A stretch of 21,279 nt of DNA from Paraphysomonas bandaiensis (taxonomy: Eukaryota; Protista; Chrysophyceae): the NCBI GenBank assembly GCA_965644295.1, contig CBFFRP010000453.1, forward strand, positions 1 through 21,279, written 5' to 3'. Below, piece by piece: positions 11,937 to 21,275 of this stretch. Within the stretch, counting starts at the first letter, position 1. Each line of letters begins with the position of its first letter. A program made the position numbers and the translations under genes. The notes under the pieces were generated by a model. It worked only from the letters and a program-made list of their open reading frames with translations, was not told the origin of the DNA and did not search any database.

Positions 11937-12819
11937 CTAACAAACATGGCTACCGGAGCTGTATACGGTTGCCTTGTTTCGTTGTATTGTTTATATTTGC
12001 AGGATTCATATTGGTATGTGTTTCGTTTCGTTAATCGTCTATCAGATTATTTAATTAAGTATGAGCTTTTCCCACTCTAGATGATATGGTGGTTGCGACA
12101 TAAGTTATGGTTGAAAGAAAGGGAAGCTAGGTAGAGTCATGCGTATGATTCATAAACAGTACACAAGTAAAGAACAACAAATATCGGGTAGATGATAGAT
12201 GGTGATATATATTTTACACTGTACAAGGGCAGGCTCACCGTAACACCTGATCCCAAGTGGAGGAAATGAAATCCTTCCTAGTACCAACTCTTTTTTTCAA
12301 AGATGTGCAGCATTTTTCGTCTATATTGGATATGTACTTTTAAGCAACCAATGAATACGGGATTTAGTATAACTAAACAAGTACACATGAGTAGGTACAA
12401 CAGAGCATTCGTAGTTGGAATTGTAAATATGACGACTGCGTTTTCATTAAATAACTCGATTATGATACTATTACATCCCCCTTTTAGAACAATAAAAATA
12501 TATTCTAACTAGAATAATTAATACAACCATTAATACAAGAATACATATATTACTATAACGTTCATATTTCATATTATAACGTACAACTCATGAAAGCATA
12601 TTGCAGACAAACAGTCAAATAACAATATGATTCAATCTATATGAGAATATAAAGTACATGTATTCTATGCACTTTAATTTATTTCCAACGAAAGCACATT
12701 AAAACTAATGCCAAATCACGTGGTATACTGTTGTCAGCGCCGACTACAACGCTTCAATCAGGGTAGCTGTTGCAATTCCTAGCAGCAACCCAAAGAAAAT
12801 AAAACAAACGCTCGATGCT

Positions 12820-13286
12820 CTAATAATATCCATGCTCCTGAATTGAACTGCCATAATGCAGTAAAGTTGCTACAGCGAATATTCGAACAAACTCGATGAC
12901 GTGTGCAGACATATATGATTCAAAGCTTGATTGGGCTCTCGATTTTGGTAAAAGAGCAGTAGATTTGCGCTTCATTGATAGAACCGGAACTTCAGTCGTG
13001 CATTCAGTTGTTGAATTATCCGAGACATCAGTGATTGACAGTACTGGTTGATGTGTATAGACATGGGCATAAGATTCAGTTGGTGCAAACAACTGCTGGT
13101 GCATACTCATGGACCACAGAGAAATGAGACCATTTAATGCCATCGATAAGAACGACTGCACTGGCGTTACTATAATATTCTATGAACCGTTAGAGGAGAG
13201 TAATTATAGTGAGTGAGGAGTGAGATTGCTGCAATATATGTGCGTACCTTAGTATCACAGCCCACCACAATCACTGAGCGAACCAT
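12820..13286 (-). CDS. Small hypothetical protein (~132 aa), 2 exons
   Basis: Exon 1 13286-13248 (MVRSVIVVGCDTK, donor AAG|GTACGC). Intron 13247-13180 has a CTCTAAC branch point and CATAG acceptor. Exon 2 13179-12820 is in frame with the 113-aa ORF. No recognisable domain. Confidence 0.55.
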
Positions 13287-13805
13287 TTCTTCATATCATA
13301 CCATACAGATTGATGATTGGCTATACAGATCTCTGACGGTTGATTTTTTTTCAATGACGAATGTATTACGGGTTACATGATCTTCCGGGAATCCCCCGTA
13401 CATGAACTGGTAATTCCGCATATCAAAATGATTTTTCTGACGTTATTTTATTTAGCCAATTACATCGATTTATAAGAATATGATTGGTAGAAAAATTGTT
13501 ATTTGATTATCAAATTTTGTCAGATTGACATACGACAGTGGGATGATTTGTAAAATTTCATTCTTCAATTTTACATAAACAAAAAAATGTAGTGTGTTAT
13601 ATATATGAATTTGATATTCATTCAAAATTGTCGTAGAAAATAATAGAAAAAAAAAGTAAATTTAGCGAGTCAAGAATATGTCAGAAAGATTTCCAGAAAG
13701 TGTATATAGAATGAATGTTTATTATACACAATTCATAATTAAAGTGGGAGGAAAGTGATTGAATTGATATACTTTACTAAGTGAATTAAGACTATCTTGA
13801 ATTAT
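13287..13805. promoter_or_regulatory. AT-rich divergent intergenic region with three CCAAT/ATTGG boxes
   Basis: ATTGG at 13316-13320 and 13483-13487, CCAAT at 13456-13460, between head-to-head genes. Motifs this short could be chance. Confidence 0.3.
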
Positions 13806-16800
13806 ATGAGTGTTGAAATGGCATCTTTTGATGAAGAAAAAGCATGTGAATTATTACGTAAAAAACATCCTGAAAATGAAGTGATTTCATCTGAAGAATT
13901 AAACCAATACGCTAATTCTAATATACCATATGAAGATGTGATTGGTGCATTAAGTACTAATATATCTAATGGATTAACTTCAGATGAAGTAATACGTAGA
14001 TTACATCTATATGGTACAAATGAGTTAACCAAACCTAAACGTATTCCACTATGGTTATTATTTTTATCACAATTTGTTAATATTGTGATTATTATATTAA
14101 TGATTGCTGCTATTGTATCAATTCTTGTTGGTGAATTAGTTGAAGGTATTGCTGTATTTATTATTATTTTAATTACAGCATCTGTAGCAACATATACTGA
14201 ATATTCATCTGGGAATGCATTAGAAGCATTAGCATCCTTAACTGATCCACATTCACATGTATATCGTAATGGACAATTAGAAATGATATCAACATGTGAT
14301 ATTGTACCAGGTGATATTATTGTTTTATCACCAGGTGATTTAGTTCCTGCTGATATACGAATAATTGAATCACATCATGTGAAAGTGAATGAAATGATCT
14401 TAACGGGTGAATCAGCTGAAGTAAAGAAATCTGCTCATACAACACTTGAAGAAAATGAAAATAAATTAACTGCAGTGAATATGGTATATGGATCAACTAG
14501 TATGGTGGATGGAAAACTTACGGGTGTTGTCCTTTTAACGGGTATGAATACACGTGTGGGATCAATTGCTACTTTACTTAATCAAGGACCTGAGAATGAT
14601 AGCAGTGAGAATAAAGTACCACAAGAAATGCAATCTCGTATACATCGATTCAATAGTGAGATTCAAGAAAACCGAAGTTCTGAATCGGAAGAGTATGAGT
14701 CTGATGAAGAGAGAGATGATCATAAAAAGACTGAGAAGAAGACTTCGAGCTTCTCTGTGTCGTATGTCGTTAATGCCACCAAATGCTGCACGTCTATAAA
14801 GAAGTTCATGTCGAGTGTACAGCCGAAGCGAACTCCTTTACAAGATGAAATCCATCATTTGGGTCTCATTATGACTGGCTTTGCGATTACTGGTGCTGTG
14901 TTGGTGATAATTATCGGTATTTTACGTAACTTTAGAGACCCGAATAATGAAGACAATCCTCCTTGGCTCCAGAGTTTGATGCTTGCGGTTAGTATGGCTG
15001 TGTCTGCGATTCCTGAGGGACTTCCACTTGTTGTTGTCATGTGCTTGGCACTAGGAACACACGCTATGTCAGAGCGAAATGTTTTGATTCGCCGTTTGCC
15101 CGCTGTCGAGACTCTGGGGTCTGCTTCTGTTGTATGCAGTGATAAGACTGGAACCCTTACCACTGGGAAAATGACCGCCACCCAGATGTGGACGTACGAG
15201 AGACTCTACAGCATTAGTGGGAGTGGATATGATCCGACGCAAGGCCATGTGATGGACTCAAAAGATAACCAAGTGACAAAGCAGTCTCATTCTCATGATG
15301 TTGCACTGGCTGCCACAATGGGAATAATTAACTTATGCAATGACTCGGATATACGTTACAATGAAGGCAAGTGGGTTCCTATTGGTACATCCACCGAAGC
15401 GGCCCTGGTTGTAGCCTCCCAAAAATTCGGTATCGCCACAGGAGAGTACAGAAAGTCAAACCCTCAGGAGTGTGTTGTTCCCTTTAGCTCCAAGTTCAAA
15501 ATGATGGCCTCAGTGCATAGACTCCAAGAGAGCGATTCAAATATTTTTATACCTGCCCCGAACTCATCTTCAGACAAAGCAAATGACCAAAACAACTTGG
15601 TTGTAATGTCCAAAGGGGCCCCACTTGTCCTATTAAATAAGTGTAAATACGTGATTCGTGACGAGCATGATGGGTCTGGTCCTGTTGTCACTGAACTCAC
15701 TGCTGACATGCGGAGCGATATCGTCAAGGAATGTGACCGCCTATCTGATCTTGGTTTACGTGTTCTTGCGGCCTGCTATCGTCGTTCTACGACTATAGCT
15801 GTTGATGAGGATGACGAGTCTGTCCCCACTGAAGATAAGCTCGATGTGCTCGTGTCCAATATGGTATTCTCAGGCCTAATAGGTATGATGGACCCCCCTC
15901 GACCAGGGGTAAAGAAAGCTGTTTTACGAGCAAAGGAAGGTGGTGTTCGGACTGTTATGATCACCGGAGATTACTTAAAAACTGCTGTAGCAATCGCTAA
16001 GATGATTAACATAGTTGGGCCTACGATGGATGAAACTGAGTGTGCCGTCGACTGCTCTGTACTCCGACCCAATGGTGACTATTTGAGTGCTCGGGAAATC
16101 GATGAAATAACATGGCACACATTTGTCTTTGCTCGGGCACGACCAGAGGACAAAATTCAAATTGTGAAATCTTTTCAGCGACAAGGCAAAGTATGCGGAA
16201 TGACAGGAGATGGGGTAAATGATGCCCCTGCCTTGAGGCAAGCAAATATTGGTATTGCGATGGGTATAGCAGGCTCGGAAGTAGCCAAAGCAGCCTCTGA
16301 TATGATTTTAACTGACGATAAATTTTCTTCGATTGTTGGTGCTATTGAAATGGGTCGAACTATATACAGCAATCTGCGCAAATTTGTCATGTATTTTATT
16401 GGCACTAACTGGTCTCAAGTTCTTGTGATCTTATTGTCTCTTCTTATCGGCATGCCGAATCCGTTGGAACCGCTGCAGATTCTGTTTATCAATTTGATCA
16501 CTGACGGAATGCCGGCCGTTGCACTCAGTATTGAGGATCCAGAAGGAGACGTCATGCGACAACCTCCTAGAAAGAAAAATTCCAGAATTCTCAGCGGAGT
16601 GATCGCTGTCGGCATTCTTGGACACGCCACTGTACTTGTCGTTTTTATGTTGCTTACATTCTTCATGGGCTTGTGGTGGAATATTGGTGTGGTGCTTATC
16701 GACAATATGTACAATGATGATGGCGATCTCATCACACAGTGTAATCAGTTGACGTCAAGTGGAACTTGGGTGGAAGTGGAGTCAGGTGACTGTGTAAAAG

Positions 16801-17234
16801 ATGGACTAAAGATTGCCCGGACAATGGTGTTCCTTATTATTACTTTTGCAGAGTGTTTGCGACCTCTGACTGCTAGATCTTTCAGTTTGGCCATCCACAA
16901 TGATCCTTTCCGTAACACTGCAATGATCAAGGCCATTCTTTTCAGTATGTCTTGTACTTTCATTGTTGTATTTGTTCCCGTGGTTCAAGACATATTTCAC
17001 TTGACAGCACCGCGCTGGTTTGAATGGCTGATTATCATTGTTGGTGTCATTTTGACAGTTGTCAGTGATGAAATGCTTAAATCGAAACTGCGAAGCGAAA
17101 ATTTGAAGAACCGGCGGTGGGAGCAATTGTTTGGTGATATCAATAACATCACCATGGAGCTACGAAATGTGCGTAGTCATGTTAATCGTATTGAGTACGC
17201 TGCTGTACCAAACGGAGATGCTGGAGATGTATGA
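13806..17234 (+). CDS. Type II P-type cation-transporting ATPase, ATP4-like (putative Na+ efflux pump; Ca2+ not excluded), intronless, ~1142 aa
   Basis: PGD..PAD, TGES (14403), PEGLP, CSDKTGTLT (Asp at 15141), KGAP, GLRVLA, DPPR, MITGD, ARARPEDK and TGDGVNDAPAL are all present, with a 10-TM pattern. First in-frame ATG is 13806 (the ORF track starts at TTG 13797). The P-type call is secure; the subfamily call is from recalled motif similarity. Confidence 0.93.
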   Translation: MSVEMASFDEEKACELLRKKHPENEVISSEELNQYANSNIPYEDVIGALSTNISNGLTSDEVIRRLHLYGTNELTKPKRIPLWLLFLSQFVNIVIIILMIAAIVSILVGELVEGIAVFIIILITASVATYTEYSSGNALEALASLTDPHSHVYRNGQLEMISTCDIVPGDIIVLSPGDLVPADIRIIESHHVKVNEMILTGESAEVKKSAHTTLEENENKLTAVNMVYGSTSMVDGKLTGVVLLTGMNTRVGSIATLLNQGPENDSSENKVPQEMQSRIHRFNSEIQENRSSESEEYESDEERDDHKKTEKKTSSFSVSYVVNATKCCTSIKKFMSSVQPKRTPLQDEIHHLGLIMTGFAITGAVLVIIIGILRNFRDPNNEDNPPWLQSLMLAVSMAVSAIPEGLPLVVVMCLALGTHAMSERNVLIRRLPAVETLGSASVVCSDKTGTLTTGKMTATQMWTYERLYSISGSGYDPTQGHVMDSKDNQVTKQSHSHDVALAATMGIINLCNDSDIRYNEGKWVPIGTSTEAALVVASQKFGIATGEYRKSNPQECVVPFSSKFKMMASVHRLQESDSNIFIPAPNSSSDKANDQNNLVVMSKGAPLVLLNKCKYVIRDEHDGSGPVVTELTADMRSDIVKECDRLSDLGLRVLAACYRRSTTIAVDEDDESVPTEDKLDVLVSNMVFSGLIGMMDPPRPGVKKAVLRAKEGGVRTVMITGDYLKTAVAIAKMINIVGPTMDETECAVDCSVLRPNGDYLSAREIDEITWHTFVFARARPEDKIQIVKSFQRQGKVCGMTGDGVNDAPALRQANIGIAMGIAGSEVAKAASDMILTDDKFSSIVGAIEMGRTIYSNLRKFVMYFIGTNWSQVLVILLSLLIGMPNPLEPLQILFINLITDGMPAVALSIEDPEGDVMRQPPRKKNSRILSGVIAVGILGHATVLVVFMLLTFFMGLWWNIGVVLIDNMYNDDGDLITQCNQLTSSGTWVEVESGDCVKDGLKIARTMVFLIITFAECLRPLTARSFSLAIHNDPFRNTAMIKAILFSMSCTFIVVFVPVVQDIFHLTAPRWFEWLIIIVGVILTVVSDEMLKSKLRSENLKNRRWEQLFGDINNITMELRNVRSHVNRIEYAAVPNGDAGDV

Positions 17235-18653
17235 GTACCATGACGTGCAATTGTTACCATATGTACTTGTTCGTGCTAGCAAGTGTGTTATATGGAAGAA
17301 TTAGTTTAAGAAGAGTTTTAATTAATAGCAGGCAGTAACGAGTGTACAACGTTGTAATAATGACATTCGATTATTTTGCTACGGTTAACTGTACAACAGA
17401 GTGAGTACATGCATGGATATGTAGTGATTTAGTGACGGCAGTTGTTCTAGTGTGCTGTGTACTCTATGTTTCGATGTTAAACTAGTACTGCCAGGTGAAT
17501 ATATTAAACCTTGTGCGCTTAGAGGAGGGTACGACCGGTCATGTAGCCGAACGCAACGCATCAGATCTTTACCTGGCGAACCGAGAGGAGCGCTCAATGC
17601 ACCGTACTTTGGAGCAGAAGCACGACGTTACGTCAACAGGAAAAATGCTACTGCAGGTGCGTATAAATGCAACCCGTTTAACAGAAGGTGATTTCGAGGA
17701 TGAAGAACAAGAAGTGTCAGACCATGAATCAGATTAACATTGTTCACTCCAACATCATATACAATTTAAGAGGTATTACTTCTGAGGTAAGTAGCTACAT
17801 GTAACACATATATTTAATTAAATTTAAGAGGTATACTCAGGTATACAGCAAAAATACTTTTACGACATCAACTATAATAATGGACAGCATGTCTACAAGC
17901 TAGCGGCAAGTTACTTGAGGCACTTAGCAGCAGGTTGATATTATTATGTATATTTATGTTATATTATTAAGTATATTAGTGTTTGTTTTATATATATTAT
18001 CTACAGTAACTTCGTCAAAGAAAAGGACTAAAAACAGCAATGGGTAATAGTGACAAATCCTACAACAGAATGAGTGAACCAATGCGTGCTCTTATCTGAG
18101 AATGTTATGATCGGATGACACGTCGACGTAATATTCGTGGGGTGTCGTACAAACAATAACTTTATGCTAATGACTGAATAGCTTGAATTGTGTAGTCGTT
18201 GACTTTATTACTGTAAAACTGAAGTGTTATGTAAGTAAGTAATAAATAATATTTTCCACACTGTGATAAATATCTTCATTTAGCTAGCTAGTATGTCTAG
18301 CCATTCAACTAGCCACTATATTGGTACAGGTTTATAACGCCTATTGCTAAATATAAAGACTTTCAGTTATAGATCCATTTATAATTACTCTGGGATGAAT
18401 GCTCTCGAATGGGGTGGTTATATAAATGCTGCGTGAAAATTATAAAATCTATTCGTATTACACTGGGCTGATTGCACTTTCCTATAACACAATTCATATG
18501 ACACCCTTTTCAAGACAAAATTATATGTGGAGAGTTTATACATCACGATGGGTATTTCAGACTATTACAGATTATGTGTTTGAATACATTTCTCCCTAAC
18601 CAATGCGATCCAACATATATATATCATAACTGCTCATCGCTCACAACATAATA

Positions 18654-21275
18654 TTAGATAGTGATCCCTAATTCTGAAATGATCTCCGTCACAGCGTTTA
18701 TTACCTCCTCACGAATTCCCACACGAATAGTAGCTAAGTATGCTTTCAACAACTCCGTCCTACGAAGCCGCTGGGACTCCTCATAGTCCGCCCGACGGCT
18801 AAATACATTAGGTCTACGATTATTGTATCTACAATTGGCAGTGTGTTGGTGGGCATCGTCGCCACAGTCGTGTAGGCAGTATCCACAGAAACCACAGTTG
18901 CAATTCGGACAATAAAGAGCTAGACAATGGCCGTAGTCTAAGCTATCTGGAGTGAACAGCCACGCACATCTCGGACATCTGAGGGACAAAATACAATTCC
19001 TAATGTAGTTCCCGTGAGTTTGTATCTCTCTGTCCTTCTCAGATAAGGCAGCCAGGCGGATCTTCTCCAGCCGCTGAGCCTCTTCGTAATGGCAAATTTC
19101 TCGCCAAGCAACAAGCTCACGCTCACTGCGTTGATATAAACGGTGAACCTCTTCTGTTAACAGTCGTACCACTTTATGGGAATCAAAGGGACCCACATTA
19201 CATCCGTGAGAATGGTAGGGACACATGATCCGGAACTCGCCACCGTAATCTGTTCGTTCTTCCCAAACCTCGTTAAACTCAGGGGCTCTCATGTTAGGCC
19301 AAGGCTTCTGTAACTCTGTGCTGTTAGCTACTTGCCTGAACTCCCTCAAAATATCTCCTTTGTTGCCTCGAAGGTAAAGGTCTCGTTGCCCAGATATGTC
19401 CCAAATGTGAACTAGTCGACGTCGGCCCCTCTCTGACGTGGCCTCAACTTTGACATAAGCGTTAAGACAGCTTTCACAAGTAAAGTGCCGAGCCTCTCCT
19501 TTGCACTGCAACCCCTGACACATATCTACCTCTTCATCACACAAACAACATACTCGCATGCGAGCTTGTTGTTCCTTCTCCAGTCTCTCCCGCTCCTGCG
19601 CTATCTCCCGCTCCTGACAAACGATTCTTTCCCGGAGGGTTTGAATATCATTGGCTAAATCTTGTATGGCGAAGAAAGACTTCTGTAGTGCATCTCGGGA
19701 AGAAAGTCGTTCCTCCGGATTTTGACACAGAACCTCCCTAAGTCGGTTCCTCAAATCATTGAGTTCTCCATCACACTTAGGAATCTTGTGCACTAGAAAT
19801 TTATCCATACTGCCCCGATTACACTCGAGGCCAAAGATGTGAAGTACACACACACCAAAGGAGTACATATCGGAAGCATAAGATGGAGAATTACCAATGA
19901 ATATCTCAGGAGCCATAAAATCATGAGACCCTCTCATTTTCCCGCCCAAAGTAGACTGGTCTCGACTCAAGGAGTCGATAGAAATATCAAAATCCGTTAA
20001 CATAGCGGTTCCTCTATCCGAAATAAGGATATTGTCTGGTTTCACATCACAGTGTACCACATTATTGCCGTGCAAATGAGCCAACCCATTCAGCACATCG
20101 TTGCATAATAGACGCTTGGACAATATGCTTAACCCATGCTTTTGTCTCTCCAGGTACAGCGCTAAGTTTCCATTTATGTAGAAAGGCATTTCTATATACG
20201 CTTTACCCTTCTCAAGGAATACAGCAGTGATGTCCGCTATGTACGGACTTTGACAATGGGTAGCTAATATGCGAGCTTCCCGCCAGAAGCTTTTCTGTTG
20301 GTCCTCATTGCTGCATGAAAAAGCTTTCAAAAATACGTTCCTCTTAGCAAAGCAACCCCTCATAACCAAGTTTCGGCTGTTGCTCTCGACTAAATCAGAG
20401 TAATCACCAATCGAACGGTCAATTATCAGTAACCCCTTAGCTATGTCAGGCAAATCTTTCGGGTCAAAACCAATCCCAGGACACAAGATTGGCATCTCGG
20501 GAAAATGAGTCAAAGCTATTCGAGAGAGAGCAGCTCGCTCTTTGCACAGTGCGTTACGCTTGAGCTGAAGATCTACTTTCGCATTTTTCATATCTTCCTC
20601 GAGTTGTTGTTGTCTCGTTCTGTCACATTTATCACCCTCAAGTTCCTGAATTTCAATAGCAAACTTGCACTGCGCAATACGCTTCTGAGCATTTCTAATA
20701 TCGTCCAATAGGCCCGAGAAGATTTCTCCTTTGGGAGGACCATCAACCCAAACCTCCATTTCCTCGAGCTGGTTACGTATTCTGGCCCTTTGTTGCACAA
20801 TTTCGGAAGCTTTATGACACCAGTATGTGGTAAACCGCGCGACTGCTACACATGCTTCCCTGGTATCTCGCCTTATATCTGGGTAAAAACGCATAGGGTA
20901 CTGCCAGTGATCCCTCTCAATACGAAGACACTCATCCAATTCCTTCGAACAAACTTCCAGATTATGCATACTCATGCTATTTTCATCAACTAACATCTCC
21001 CCAACACATCCCAAACATTTATGAAATGCCGCAAGTGCTCTCTCTGTCTCCTCAGCGGGGGAGCGCGAGCACTCACCCACCCATTCTCCCATCTTATCTT
21101 CGAAATCCGACAGAAGCGTCATCAGCTCAGTAGACGATATATGACGGGTTTCTCCAATGCATTCTACAGCTTCAATCACCTCATTTCCTGACCATCTGCA
21201 CCCATCGTAGACTTGCTTCAGAACCTCTAACCACTTTTCCACGGGAGCTGCGAGGATTGTCCGCATTACAGACAC
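18654..21275 (-). CDS. Coiled coil + STK31-like protein kinase + RING1/Rcat (RBR-like) E3 ligase fusion; 5' end probably outside the window
   Basis: Uninterrupted 873-aa ORF with no in-frame stop up to the window edge. Kinase ~20410-19671: FLK, RE, HCDVKPDN, TDFD, GSHDFMAPE, SDMYSFG, ERLS. RING-like 19550-19200: CCLC..QC..HFTCESC...CP....C. Rcat/IBR-fold-like 18977-18831: CPRC..GHCLALYCPNCNCGFCGYC..DAHQH..C. Confidence 0.88.
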   Translation of the reverse strand: MSVMRTILAAPVEKWLEVLKQVYDGCRWSGNEVIEAVECIGETRHISSTELMTLLSDFEDKMGEWVGECSRSPAEETERALAAFHKCLGCVGEMLVDENSMSMHNLEVCSKELDECLRIERDHWQYPMRFYPDIRRDTREACVAVARFTTYWCHKASEIVQQRARIRNQLEEMEVWVDGPPKGEIFSGLLDDIRNAQKRIAQCKFAIEIQELEGDKCDRTRQQQLEEDMKNAKVDLQLKRNALCKERAALSRIALTHFPEMPILCPGIGFDPKDLPDIAKGLLIIDRSIGDYSDLVESNSRNLVMRGCFAKRNVFLKAFSCSNEDQQKSFWREARILATHCQSPYIADITAVFLEKGKAYIEMPFYINGNLALYLERQKHGLSILSKRLLCNDVLNGLAHLHGNNVVHCDVKPDNILISDRGTAMLTDFDISIDSLSRDQSTLGGKMRGSHDFMAPEIFIGNSPSYASDMYSFGVCVLHIFGLECNRGSMDKFLVHKIPKCDGELNDLRNRLREVLCQNPEERLSSRDALQKSFFAIQDLANDIQTLRERIVCQEREIAQERERLEKEQQARMRVCCLCDEEVDMCQGLQCKGEARHFTCESCLNAYVKVEATSERGRRRLVHIWDISGQRDLYLRGNKGDILREFRQVANSTELQKPWPNMRAPEFNEVWEERTDYGGEFRIMCPYHSHGCNVGPFDSHKVVRLLTEEVHRLYQRSERELVAWREICHYEEAQRLEKIRLAALSEKDREIQTHGNYIRNCILSLRCPRCAWLFTPDSLDYGHCLALYCPNCNCGFCGYCLHDCGDDAHQHTANCRYNNRRPNVFSRRADYEESQRLRRTELLKAYLATIRVGIREEVINAVTEIISELGITI

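Noticed and set aside
12303-12512. 69-aa plus-strand ORF
   Set aside because: AT-rich region between convergent 3' ends, with no motif or splice support.
13802-17126. Many antisense and alternate-frame ORFs over the ATPase (also over the kinases and COG3)
   Set aside because: Shadow ORFs of real coding sequence with no recognisable motifs.
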